DNA of 63,058 nucleotides from an uncultured Thiohalophilus sp. (GTDB taxonomy: Bacteria > Pseudomonadota > Gammaproteobacteria > UBA6429 > Thiohalophilaceae), in assembly GCA_964575555.1 (NCBI GenBank), contig CAZNRP010000002.1, positions 1 to 63,058 of the forward strand. The letters are read 5' to 3'. The notes beneath the pieces are model-generated. The model ran no database searches and was not told the DNA's origin. It saw only the letters and a program-made list of their open reading frames with translations. Shown one piece after another: positions 19,939 through 29,409 of the stretch. Both the position numbers and the translations under genes were made by a program. Each line of letters starts with the position of its first letter. Position 1 is the first letter of the stretch.

Positions 19939-20838
19939 ATGCTGACAGATTTTATTAATATCGATGTGGACCTGGGACTTTATTACCTGGTGGATTTTTT
20001 AATTGCACTAATACTGCTGACCGGAATGCGTTTTCTTTCCGGGCTGGTGAGTAATGTCTCGGCCACCCATGAAATTTCAAGTAAAGATAATACCGCTTTT
20101 GGTGTATCCCTGAGCGGAGCCATGATAGCCATCAGCATCATGTTAATCGGCGTTATTTCGGGCGATGCAGGCTATAGCCTTGCCAATGAAGCCTTCACCG
20201 TGATTTTATTTGGCGTCATTGGTATCGTCTTAATGTGGTTGACCCGAATTGCCTTTGACCGGATTTCATTTCCTGCATTATCCATTCAGCAACAAATCAT
20301 GCAAGGCAATATGGCGGCCAGTATCATTGATGCCTGTAATATGATTGCAACCGCGATTATTATCAAAGGTGCCATGTCCTGGGTAGATGGAAACTTGAGC
20401 ATGGCCCTGATTGCGGTGGTGGTGAGCTTTATTGCCGCGCAAATTATCATGGCCCTGGCAACTTTGTATCGGGTAAAAGTCTACGAGAAACGTCATCAGG
20501 GGCTGCGCTTACACTCGGCCATTGAAAATAATAATATCGCCCTGGCACTGCGCTTTAGTGCCTATAGAATTGGTATTGCCATTGCTGTCAGTGCGGCCTT
20601 CACCGCAGTTGAATATGATAGTGATGCCTTTGCCAGTGTTTTCATACTATGGTTTGCGATTGCCCTGCTCCTGTTTGTGCTCCTGACCCTGATCGCCATT
20701 GTCATCCGTTATGGTGTGTTACATCGAGTTAATGTAGGTGAAGAAGTGGGTCAGCAGGCCAACATTGCCGTTGGTGCAATCGAGGGCAGTATTTATATCG
20801 TCGTGGGTTTATTGCTGGCGGGCTTGATCGGTGCGTAA
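19939..20838 (+). CDS. Integral membrane protein with two DUF350 (YjfL-like) repeats
   Basis: 299 aa and polytopic. Two similar halves, each about the size of a single DUF350 unit. Sits in the YjfL position of the yjf cluster. Confidence 0.65.
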   Translation: MLTDFINIDVDLGLYYLVDFLIALILLTGMRFLSGLVSNVSATHEISSKDNTAFGVSLSGAMIAISIMLIGVISGDAGYSLANEAFTVILFGVIGIVLMWLTRIAFDRISFPALSIQQQIMQGNMAASIIDACNMIATAIIIKGAMSWVDGNLSMALIAVVVSFIAAQIIMALATLYRVKVYEKRHQGLRLHSAIENNNIALALRFSAYRIGIAIAVSAAFTAVEYDSDAFASVFILWFAIALLLFVLLTLIAIVIRYGVLHRVNVGEEVGQQANIAVGAIEGSIYIVVGLLLAGLIGA

Positions 20839-20889
20839 ATTAAATCGGCTCACAGATAAACTATTTTCAAATTTGTTTAAATTTCAAAC

Positions 20890-21543
20890 ATGAGCTTAAC
20901 ATCAAGGCAGCGCTTGCTTGTTTTTATAGTCGCTGCTTTTATTATCGATTATCTACCAATTATTAATTTGCCCTTTTTATGGAGCCAGACTTTTTTCCAT
21001 GAAATCAGTCATGGCCTCATGGCGATAATAACGGGTGGCCAAATCCATAAAATCAGCCTGAACTTTAATGGCTCCGGTGTCTGTACCAGTAGCGGCGGTA
21101 TTCGCTTTCTGGTTAGCTTTTCAGGTTATGCAGGCAGCGCCCTCTGGGGGCTTCTGATCTATGCACTAGCCGACAGCCTGTCTAAAACTCGGGCAAAATT
21201 CATCGTCGCAAGCATCGCCATCATGTTAGGTATAACTTTGTTGCTATGGGCGCGTGATCTATCCACGATTATTATTCTGATGGTTTTGTTACTCATGTAC
21301 CTTATTCCTTTGTATAGATCTCTCTGGCTCAGCGTGAAATTTTTCATTCAGCTGGTGGGTGTTTTTGTAATGTTGGATGCCATCCGTAGCCCATTATATT
21401 TACTGGATGGCCGTGATCTGGGTGATGGTGCCAGCCTGGCACAAATAAGTATATTTCCGGAAATTTTCTGGGTGGCATTGTGGTTTGTGATAGCCGTGGG
21501 TTGCGTATATTTGCTGTGGACGCAATCTTTAAATAAAGACTGA
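20890..21543 (+). CDS. M50B-like membrane metalloprotease family protein
   Basis: HEISH (HExxH) lies inside the first hydrophobic helices (FFHEISHGLMAIITGG). 217 aa, polytopic. Confidence 0.6.
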   Translation: MSLTSRQRLLVFIVAAFIIDYLPIINLPFLWSQTFFHEISHGLMAIITGGQIHKISLNFNGSGVCTSSGGIRFLVSFSGYAGSALWGLLIYALADSLSKTRAKFIVASIAIMLGITLLLWARDLSTIIILMVLLLMYLIPLYRSLWLSVKFFIQLVGVFVMLDAIRSPLYLLDGRDLGDGASLAQISIFPEIFWVALWFVIAVGCVYLLWTQSLNKD

Positions 21544-21554
21544 GGTGTTCAATC

Positions 21555-21605
21555 ATAACCTCGTTCTCATGCTCTGTGTGGGAATGCATATGGTGGTGAC
21601 AAGTA
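21555..21605 (+). repeat. REP-like palindromic repeat, copy 2
   Basis: ataacctcgttctcatgctctgtgtgggaatgcatatggtggtgacaagta. Same orientation as 12146-12197 and near-identical to it. Confidence 0.75.
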
Positions 21606-21855
21606 TATAGTTAGGGTGGCATGGGTATATGTCTACCAACCGTTACGAATGTGACTGCCAGGGGGAACACTGCGTGGGCACAAAAACGTGTGCACCCTCT
21701 ACCTCTATTTAGATTTGTTCAAGAGACCGCTCTGTGAAAGGGGTGGGGATACAACAGATGTAAATATTTATGCAACGATTAATACTAACAAGTTGCTGAG
21801 TTTGAGCTAGTATTTATTGATATGTCTGTATAAATGATGAATATGTGGGTTATGG

Positions 21856-23664
21856 ATGCTACGTAAACTATTATTGCCGGTAATTTTTATTATCCTGGTA
21901 TGGGGGTTTTGGCTCAGTCCAGATTTTAAAGTCATAGCTGCCGGGGTCTCGATCTTTTTATTTGGTATGTTGTCTCTTGAAAATGGTTTCAAGGTATTTA
22001 CGGGCGGCACGCTGGAAAAAATTCTCAAATTAAGTACCAATCGTCTCTGGAAAAGTCTGTCATTTGGCATTGTCTCCACCACGATTATGCAATCCAGCTC
22101 TTTAGTCTCGGTAATTACCATCTCATTTCTCAGTGCTGGCCTTTTGGGCTTATATGAAGGCATAGGAATAATTTTTGGATCGAATATTGGCACCACAACC
22201 GGAGCCTGGCTGGTGGCAGGTTTTGGTCTGAAAGTTAAAATCTCAGCCTATGCCATGCCTATGCTGGTGTTTGGTGTGTTACTGGTATTTCAAAAATCAA
22301 AAACTCTAAAAGGTTTTGGATATATTCTTACTGGACTTGGCTTTCTTTTTCTTGGCATTCATTATATGAAAGAGGGTTTTGATGCCTTTAAGGAAAGCTT
22401 TGACCTGGCCCGTTTTGCAATTGCTGGTTATCCGGGAGTGTTTCTTTTTTCTGCTATTGGCATTGCCGCAACGGTAGTGATGCAGTCCAGCCATGCGACA
22501 CTGGTGTTGACGATCACGGCTCTGGCTGCAGGGCAGATAAGTTATGAAAATGGTCTGGCTCTGGCCATTGGTGCTAATGTAGGGACAACGATTACGGCCA
22601 TTATTGGTGCAATGAGTGCCAACGAACAGGGTAAACGGCTGGCCGTTGCACATCTGATTTTTAATCTGGTTACAGGGTTAATTGCCATTGTATTTATATA
22701 TAAAATGATGGTGGCCGTTGATTGGATCAGTGTTGAGCTGGGGATCGCAGCTGATGATTACACGCTCAAACTGGCAGTTTTTCATACCCTGTTTAATTTG
22801 TTGGGGGTATTGGTGATGTTGCCCTTTATTAAACGCCTGGTGAAATTTCTTGAAGGGCTGTTTAAAGTTAAAAAAATCGCACGGACTCAACCACAGTTTT
22901 TGACTGATTCTGCGATTGATTTTCCTGATACGGCAAATGAAGCGGTACGCAATGAAACGCTGAGGATCTGGGGTAATGCTATTGATATTTTCTCCGGAGT
23001 TTTTGGTTTTAAGCGTGCAGACATTTTGGGTGATATCGATCTTGATAAAATTGCAAATGAGCAAAAAAATCTCCAGCCCTATGATATTGATACGGCCTAT
23101 ATGTTAAATATTAAAGTATTGTATAGTGAAATAGTGACCTTTATCAGTCGCGCAGGTTTTTCCTGGGAAATGGAACAGTCAGGTGAAATTCATTGGCTGC
23201 GTAAGGCGAATCAAAATATATCTGATGCAGTAAAAGACACGAAACATCTACAAAAAAATCTGAATATATATCTGAACGGCACTAATTCACAGATGCGTAA
23301 AGCCTATAATCGAATACGGGTCGAGTTGTGCCTGTTGATTCGTGAGCTGGAAAATACTCGTCTGGAGCCGGAAGATGAAAGTACTGTGCTCTCACTGGAA
23401 CATCTAAAGTTATTGCTGGATGAGCACCTGTCAAATGTCCATGCATGGTTGTCTCATACTATTAGGGAAGAGCTGATTAGTGCTGAGATGGCCACTTCGT
23501 TAATGAATGATGTGTCCTATTCGACCAATATATTCAGAAACTTGATTGGCATGGGAGAAACCTTGTTTGTTAAGCGTAGTCATCATTTAACGGAAGTTGA
23601 GCAGGCCGTATTATTAGACGAGGTCGATATTAACGAGATCAAAGCACAGACGCTGAATAATTAA
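21856..23664 (+). CDS. Na/Pi cotransporter family protein with a PhoU-like C-terminal domain
   Basis: 602 aa. Duplicated Na_Pi_cotrans-like segments (IMQSSSLVSVITISF / VMQSSHATLVLTITAL) followed by a helical cytoplasmic tail. Confidence 0.85.
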   Translation: MLRKLLLPVIFIILVWGFWLSPDFKVIAAGVSIFLFGMLSLENGFKVFTGGTLEKILKLSTNRLWKSLSFGIVSTTIMQSSSLVSVITISFLSAGLLGLYEGIGIIFGSNIGTTTGAWLVAGFGLKVKISAYAMPMLVFGVLLVFQKSKTLKGFGYILTGLGFLFLGIHYMKEGFDAFKESFDLARFAIAGYPGVFLFSAIGIAATVVMQSSHATLVLTITALAAGQISYENGLALAIGANVGTTITAIIGAMSANEQGKRLAVAHLIFNLVTGLIAIVFIYKMMVAVDWISVELGIAADDYTLKLAVFHTLFNLLGVLVMLPFIKRLVKFLEGLFKVKKIARTQPQFLTDSAIDFPDTANEAVRNETLRIWGNAIDIFSGVFGFKRADILGDIDLDKIANEQKNLQPYDIDTAYMLNIKVLYSEIVTFISRAGFSWEMEQSGEIHWLRKANQNISDAVKDTKHLQKNLNIYLNGTNSQMRKAYNRIRVELCLLIRELENTRLEPEDESTVLSLEHLKLLLDEHLSNVHAWLSHTIREELISAEMATSLMNDVSYSTNIFRNLIGMGETLFVKRSHHLTEVEQAVLLDEVDINEIKAQTLNN

Positions 23665-23694
23665 TATATACAGACTAGCTGGGAGTTTAAAAAT

Positions 23695-23943
23695 ATGAGT
23701 CGCTGGAAGTTGTTAAAAAGATTGAGTGATTATTTCGACATGGGAAAAAAGAAGCAGGAAAAATATAGTTCAGATTTGAAGTCGCTGCTTACGGAAATCA
23801 AGGAAAAAGAAAAAAAGCTGAATAAAAAATGTGTTGCCACCGCAAATGGTGAAAAGCGCAGAATGCTTAAGCGAAAAATTATGGTACTACATGCGAAACG
23901 CAAGAAGGGTTTGAGTGCACTGAAAAAACTTAAAAATAGATAG
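23695..23943 (+). CDS. Small lysine-rich hypothetical protein
   Basis: 82-aa ORF, highly basic and probably coiled-coil. No family recognised. Coding status uncertain. Confidence 0.35.
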   Translation: MSRWKLLKRLSDYFDMGKKKQEKYSSDLKSLLTEIKEKEKKLNKKCVATANGEKRRMLKRKIMVLHAKRKKGLSALKKLKNR

Positions 23944-23964
23944 CATAACTTGCGGTGGTGATTT

Positions 23965-24189
23965 TTATTCCTTTTTATAAACTTCACTTTTGTTGCGCTG
24001 GTATTTTTCGTAGTCCTCTCTTTTTGAACAGTCAGACTCTAATTGTTCAGTGCACTGTTGTTGCCGCATGTTTTCGCCGGTTTCATAGGCGGCTCGCTTC
24101 CAGGTCTCGACATTGCAACCGCCCAGGCAGATTGCAATGCATGAAATAAAGAGGCAATATTTTATGCTATTTAAAAATTGTAATTTCAT
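23965..24189 (-). CDS. Small putative lipoprotein, translationally coupled to the LysR gene
   Basis: Start moved to ATG 24189, giving MKLQFLNSIKYCLFISCIAICLGGC with a lipobox. This ATG overlaps the LysR stop codon (ATGA). Confidence 0.5.
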   Translation of the reverse strand: MKLQFLNSIKYCLFISCIAICLGGCNVETWKRAAYETGENMRQQQCTEQLESDCSKREDYEKYQRNKSEVYKKE

Positions 24190-25067
24190 ATAAATGCTCT
24201 CAGGGTTGAATGAATAAAAGTAACAACAGCACGGACACGTTGGGTATTTCGGAGATCCTGATGGTACACCAACCATATTTCATGACCGGGTATAACGACG
24301 TCTTTAATGAGCCGTTGTAGATCGTTATTGCGGGTGGAAAATAGCTGCGGCTGGATCGAGATACCCAGCCCTAATTTTGTCGCCTTAAGACGTGTCGTTG
24401 TATTATCACTGCGTAAAATACAGCGTGAAGCTGTGATTTGTTTTTCCAGCCATTGATTTTCAGGCAAAGCAGAAAGCGTATCACCATATAAAATAACGGC
24501 ATGATGTTTAAGATCGGACAGCTTATCTACCCGATCATGTGCCTGTGAATAGCTTTTTGAGGCATACAGACCCATTTCCATATCACCAATATGAGTGACG
24601 ACAAGATTGGCATTATCAGGACGAAATAGACGGATCGCGATGTCAGCTTCACCACTGGTGAGATTGGCGGTGCTGGGTGAAACATTTAAGACTAGATTGA
24701 TGCCGGGATGTTGCTGGTAAAATTTGCCAAGTTCGGGAAGTAAGATTTCAATACACAGGCCTTCGGGGATCGCAATTTTAACGCTGCCGCTTATATCTTC
24801 CGTTTTCTCCTGCATTGTCCGTGTTGCTTTAACCACAAGTGAACGCATGGACTGTGATTGTTGCAGAATGTAAGCGCCTTCCTGAGTCAGGGTCAGCCCT
24901 TTTGCGTGACGCTGAAATAATTTAATATCCAGAGCCGCTTCAAGTGCATCAATCTGTCGGCCAATAGTGGGTTGATTCGAATCAAGAAGTTTGGCGGCTG
25001 CCGATAAACTGCCGGTTTCTGCCGCTGCGATAAAATATCGAAATCCGTCCCAGTCAATGCTATTCAT
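24186..25067 (-). CDS. LysR family transcriptional regulator
   Basis: N-terminal wHTH (FRYFIAAAETGSLSAAAKLLDSNQPTIGRQIDALE) and a LysR substrate-binding domain of typical length. Confidence 0.9.
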   Translation of the reverse strand: MNSIDWDGFRYFIAAAETGSLSAAAKLLDSNQPTIGRQIDALEAALDIKLFQRHAKGLTLTQEGAYILQQSQSMRSLVVKATRTMQEKTEDISGSVKIAIPEGLCIEILLPELGKFYQQHPGINLVLNVSPSTANLTSGEADIAIRLFRPDNANLVVTHIGDMEMGLYASKSYSQAHDRVDKLSDLKHHAVILYGDTLSALPENQWLEKQITASRCILRSDNTTTRLKATKLGLGISIQPQLFSTRNNDLQRLIKDVVIPGHEIWLVYHQDLRNTQRVRAVVTFIHSTLRAFI

Positions 25068-25088
25068 TTACATATACCTGATATTTAC

Positions 25089-25104
25089 CTATCGCAATAG
25101 ATAG
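25089..25104. promoter_or_regulatory. Candidate LysR-type binding palindrome
   Basis: ctatcGCAATAgatag, an interrupted palindrome in the 107-bp divergent intergenic region. Confidence 0.25.
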
Positions 25105-25174
25105 TCTGTGTATAAATAGCATATCATTGAGTACAGTGAAAACCCATACTGGGTCGAGCCACCGAGGGAAGTAG

Positions 25175-25549
25175 ATGAATTACGCCATTAGTTTATGCGA
25201 CAAACCAATAACCATTGAGCTTAGCCGGCATGCGGAACAGGCCTTGTCTGCCCGGAGTCAGCCGCTGATAGCAGAAATCCATCTTATCTTTGGTTGTCTG
25301 GTAGTCAAGCGTGTCTGGTTCAGAGATCAGGTGGATTGCGATACGGTTCCGGTCATCAATGGGCTGGAGGTGTGTTTTAATGTTGTGCGTTATGCGAAAA
25401 CCTGCCGTATTGCCGACATTGATAATGGCGCGAAAGCAGAAGATTTTCCCATCGTTAAAGATAAAAAAACATTTGTTCCGGATAAAATTTTTATAGATTA
25501 TAAAAAAGGAAATTTTCTTGGCAGCTATACCTATGCTCGGGATCTATAA
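25175..25549 (+). CDS. Hypothetical protein divergent from the LysR gene
   Basis: 124-aa ORF with GAGGGAAG upstream. No family recognised. Confidence 0.5.
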   Translation: MNYAISLCDKPITIELSRHAEQALSARSQPLIAEIHLIFGCLVVKRVWFRDQVDCDTVPVINGLEVCFNVVRYAKTCRIADIDNGAKAEDFPIVKDKKTFVPDKIFIDYKKGNFLGSYTYARDL

Positions 25550-25572
25550 ATACAGAAATAAGCAGCAGGGAA

Positions 25573-25986
25573 TTAAATGAGTTTGTCCTGAGGCTGAAGT
25601 ACCCAGCATCTCGGGTTATTGCTATAGCCGATATGTTCATAATATGAGTGGGCATCGGGCGCGGCAATTAAGATCAACTTACAACGTGGCCCGAGTTGGT
25701 TCTGGGTAAGGTGCTGCAGTTGTTTACCGATGCCATTTTGTTGATAGCCTTTATCAACCGCAATGTCGGAAAGATAACAGGCGTAATGAAAGTCGGTCAT
25801 TGAGCGGGCAACTCCAACCAGCTGGCCGCTATCCCAGGCACTGATCATAAGATTGCTGTTATCCACCATGCCCTGCATACATTCAGTGTCATCTACTGGC
25901 CTACGCGCAGCAAGGCTGGATTGTTTTAATAAGGCAATAAATTGTGCAGATGAAACCGGCGCATTAATTTTGTAATCAATATTCAT
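25573..25986 (-). CDS. GNAT family N-acetyltransferase (candidate short N-acetylglutamate synthase)
   Basis: GNAT motif A (IAVDKGYQQNGIGKQLQHL). 137 aa. Starts 10 nt after the argH stop. Confidence 0.85.
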   Translation of the reverse strand: MNIDYKINAPVSSAQFIALLKQSSLAARRPVDDTECMQGMVDNSNLMISAWDSGQLVGVARSMTDFHYACYLSDIAVDKGYQQNGIGKQLQHLTQNQLGPRCKLILIAAPDAHSYYEHIGYSNNPRCWVLQPQDKLI

Positions 25987-25995
25987 ATTATCAAA

Positions 25996-27432
25996 TTAAA
26001 ATAAATTATTAAGATCCGGAACCTGGATATCACTACCCCGTGTGCGTGCACGCTCAACGGCAGCACGTACCTGAGCGGGGGCAGTGCCGCCGATATGATT
26101 GCGTGCCGCAACCGAGCCTTCCAGAGTGAGTACTTCAAATACATCTTCGTCAATGACTTCTGAAAATATTTTGAGTTCTTGCAAACTCATTTCAGAGAGA
26201 TCTTTTTTATTGTCCACACCAAAACGTACAGCCTTGCCAACTACTTCATGGGCATCACGAAAGGCTACATTTTTACGCACCAGGTAATCGGCCAGATCGG
26301 TTGCGGTGGAAAATCCTCGGCGTGCAGCTTCACGCATGTTGTCACGTTTAACTTCAATTTGCGGCATCATGTCCGCATACAGCCGTAGACAGCCTTTTAA
26401 GTTATCAATTGAATCAAATAGGGGTTCCTTGTCTTCCTGATTATCTTTGTTGTAAGCCAGAGGTTGACCTTTCATTAGGGTGAGCAGGCTCATAAGATGA
26501 CCATAAATGCGACCGGTTTTACCACGCACCAGTTCGGGCACATCCGGATTTTTCTTCTGCGGCATAATGGAGGAGCCAGTGCAAAAGCTGTCGCCTAGAT
26601 CAACGAAATCAAATTGCGCGGATGACCACAACACCAGCTCTTCTGAGAAACGCGAAAGGTGCATCATCAGCGTGGCGGCAAAGGCAAGAAACTCGATGCC
26701 AAAGTCACGGTCGCTAACAGCATCGAGTGAATTTTCGGCAATGCCATCGAAGCTTAAAAGTTTGGCGGTGTAGTTTCGATCAATCGGATAGGTTGTTCCT
26801 GCCAGTGCCGCTGCACCTAGCGGCATGATATTGACGCGTTTATAACAGTCGGCAAGGCGAGCCTGATCGCGCAATAACATTTCACACCAGGCCAGCAAGT
26901 GATGGCCGAGGGTCACCGGTTGAGCAGTTTGTAAATGGGTAAACCCGGGCATAATGGTATCAGACTCGGCTTCCGCCAGATCTAACAGGCCATCGATGAG
27001 CCGTTGTAGAGTAGTATTGATGTTAGCGATCTGGCCACGCAAATATAGTCGGATATCGGTGGCCACCTGATCGTTGCGTGAACGCCCGGTGTGCAGTTTT
27101 TTGCCGGTAACGCCGATGCGATCAGTGAGCCGTGCTTCGATATTCATGTGCACATCTTCCAGTTCCGTGCTCCAGGCAAATTCGTCGCGCTCAATCTCAA
27201 TACAGATGTCTTTTAAGCCATTAATTATGGCGTCGCGCTCATGCTTGGTGAGTACGCCGACGTGGGCAAGCATGGTGGCGTGGGCGATGGAGCCGGCAAT
27301 ATCTTCCCGATACATGCGTTTGTCGAAACCCACTGAGGCGGTAAAGGCCTCAACAAAAGCATCCGTGGGGGCGGTAAAACGGCCTGCCCAGGGTTTGTTG
27401 GTGATGGTATCGGGTTTATTGGTATCGCTCAT
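25996..27432 (-). CDS. argH: Argininosuccinate lyase
   Basis: Fumarate lyase signature region ([16 protein letters not shown]) and an ArgH-typical N-terminus (WAGRF...). Confidence 0.97.
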   Translation of the reverse strand: MSDTNKPDTITNKPWAGRFTAPTDAFVEAFTASVGFDKRMYREDIAGSIAHATMLAHVGVLTKHERDAIINGLKDICIEIERDEFAWSTELEDVHMNIEARLTDRIGVTGKKLHTGRSRNDQVATDIRLYLRGQIANINTTLQRLIDGLLDLAEAESDTIMPGFTHLQTAQPVTLGHHLLAWCEMLLRDQARLADCYKRVNIMPLGAAALAGTTYPIDRNYTAKLLSFDGIAENSLDAVSDRDFGIEFLAFAATLMMHLSRFSEELVLWSSAQFDFVDLGDSFCTGSSIMPQKKNPDVPELVRGKTGRIYGHLMSLLTLMKGQPLAYNKDNQEDKEPLFDSIDNLKGCLRLYADMMPQIEVKRDNMREAARRGFSTATDLADYLVRKNVAFRDAHEVVGKAVRFGVDNKKDLSEMSLQELKIFSEVIDEDVFEVLTLEGSVAARNHIGGTAPAQVRAAVERARTRGSDIQVPDLNNLF

Positions 27433-27561
27433 GAGAATGTCTTCATCAAATAAAAAAGGTTGAACAGTATAGCGTTTTTGCTCCCCCGGCGCAGACTGCG
27501 CATATCATTTCGAGTGATTTTGGACAATAATTCATAGACTTAATATGGGATATACAGAAGA

Positions 27562-28653
27562 TTGAAAACACCGGAACCCGCAACTCAAATAAACACGGCA
27601 GAAGAAGATCCCCTTTTTCTGCCCGATTTTTGTGCGATTCGCATGGTTTTTGTGGTGGTGATGGTTGCGGAGCTGGCGGCGTTTGTACTGGCGCTAGCTC
27701 CGCTGAACTTGCCGCTGACCGAACGCCTGAATAATCTGGGTACGATTTCCTTTTTTGTGCAGTGGTGTGCGCTGGCCGCCAGTGCGCTACTGTGTTTGTC
27801 GCGTCGCTGGTTGCGAGGCTATGGCACCGCGCTGGTCAGCCTGTTTAGTTTTTGTCTTATTCTGGGGGTGATCACCCTGGTGTCCGAAGGTGCCTGGTAT
27901 TTCTTCCATCGACCTTTTTCACTGGGTGACAACCAGTGGCACACTAATTTTTTGTTACGTAACCTTTTTATCGGCACGCTTATAAGTGGCCCGCTATTAC
28001 GTTATTTCTATGTTCAACACCAGTGGCGGCAAAAGGTGAGGACAGAATCAAAGGCGCGTTTACAGGCCCTGCAATCCCGTATCCGTCCGCATTTTTTATT
28101 CAATAGCATGAACACTATTGCCAGCCTTACCCGCAGCGATCCCGGTAAAGCAGAAATGGCGACCGAAAATCTGGCCGATTTGTTTCGTGCCAGTCTGCTT
28201 GATTCGAAACAGTACCAGACCATGGAAGAAGAGCTGGAACTTTGCCGACGCTACCTGGAAATTGAGGTGCTGCGTTTGGGTGATCGCTTGCAGGTACACT
28301 GGGACGTTGATGAGTTACCCTTGCAGGCCTTAATCCCCCCCCTGTTGTTACAGCCTTTACTTGAAAATGCCATCTATCATGGCATCGAGCCATTAACTGG
28401 CGGTGGACGCATCGACATCACAGGAAGTTCGAATAAACAGTATCTGCAAATCCTGATCGACAATCCTTTACCGGTTACTCCGGGCCATGCGAAGAGCAGT
28501 GGTAACCAAATTGCCCTGGCTAATATTCGTGAACGTCTGCATACGCTTTACGGTGCGCGTGCCGGGCTGGAAACCGAGCAAAATGAACAGCGTTATCGCA
28601 CCCGCTTATTTTTCCCATATATAACGAATCAGCATGAACATCCTTATCACTGA
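27562..28653 (+). CDS. algZ: LytS/AlgZ(FimS)-type sensor histidine kinase
   Basis: His_kinase motif IRPHFLFNSMNTIASL, an N-terminal polytopic domain with LPDFC, and a TTG start. Lies in argH-algZ-algR-hemC order as in P. aeruginosa. Confidence 0.85.
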   Translation: MKTPEPATQINTAEEDPLFLPDFCAIRMVFVVVMVAELAAFVLALAPLNLPLTERLNNLGTISFFVQWCALAASALLCLSRRWLRGYGTALVSLFSFCLILGVITLVSEGAWYFFHRPFSLGDNQWHTNFLLRNLFIGTLISGPLLRYFYVQHQWRQKVRTESKARLQALQSRIRPHFLFNSMNTIASLTRSDPGKAEMATENLADLFRASLLDSKQYQTMEEELELCRRYLEIEVLRLGDRLQVHWDVDELPLQALIPPLLLQPLLENAIYHGIEPLTGGGRIDITGSSNKQYLQILIDNPLPVTPGHAKSSGNQIALANIRERLHTLYGARAGLETEQNEQRYRTRLFFPYITNQHEHPYH

Positions 28654-29368
28654 TGACGAACATCTTGCACGTGCACGCTTGCACAGTATGCTGGAAGAAC
28701 TCGGGCATACAATTATCGGCGAAGCCGGCAACGGTGAGCAGGCCATAGAAATGTGCCAGCAGTTACCGGTTGATCTTATTCTGCTTGATATTCGCATGCC
28801 GGGTATGGACGGGCTGGAGGCGGCCAACCACCTTTCACAATTGACCCCGGCTCCGGCTATTATTTTCACCACCGCCTTTGATGAATACGCGCTCAAGGCA
28901 TTTAAGACTCATGCGGTCGATTATTTACTGAAGCCGGTGCGTCTGCGTGAACTTGAAGCCGCGTTGCTTGCCGCGACCCGACTGAGCGTGGCACAGCAGG
29001 GGGCGCTGGATGAGCTGAAAGCAAATACCTCCACTCCGTTATATATCAGTGCCCGCGTGAAGGGCAGCATGCAGTTGATCCTGTTTGAGGATGTTTATTA
29101 TTTTCAGGCTGATCAGAAATATGTCAGTATTGGCTACAAGGAGGGCGAAGTGCTGATCGATGATTCATTGGTGGTGATTGAACAGCGTTATCCACAACTA
29201 TTGCGGATTCACCGCAATGCGCTGGTGTCCAGCACCTATATCAGTGCACTGGAAAAAGATGCGGAAGGCCGTTGTCATGTATGCTTGCGAGGTTGTGAAA
29301 AACAACTGGAAGTGAGTCGTCGCCACTTGCCGGATGTTCGACGCTGGTTGAAGTCAGTGGCTGACTGA
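28634..29368 (+). CDS. algR: LytTR-family response regulator
   Basis: REC domain (ILITDDE...LDIRMPGMDGLE) plus a C-terminal LytTR domain. Confidence 0.9.
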   Translation: MNILITDDEHLARARLHSMLEELGHTIIGEAGNGEQAIEMCQQLPVDLILLDIRMPGMDGLEAANHLSQLTPAPAIIFTTAFDEYALKAFKTHAVDYLLKPVRLRELEAALLAATRLSVAQQGALDELKANTSTPLYISARVKGSMQLILFEDVYYFQADQKYVSIGYKEGEVLIDDSLVVIEQRYPQLLRIHRNALVSSTYISALEKDAEGRCHVCLRGCEKQLEVSRRHLPDVRRWLKSVAD

Positions 29369-29409
29369 GGTTTTCAATAAACGAGGTACGACTTCAGTTA
29401 TACACCACT

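Noticed and set aside
21807-22196. 129-aa minus-strand ORF overlapping the Na/Pi transporter start
   Set aside because: It is antisense to a well-supported membrane transporter gene, with no independent signals.
23730-23987. 85-aa minus-strand ORF mirroring the lysine-rich small ORF
   Set aside because: It is the Phe/Ser/Leu-rich complement of an A/G-rich stretch. At most one of the two is real, and even the plus-strand ORF gets only low confidence.
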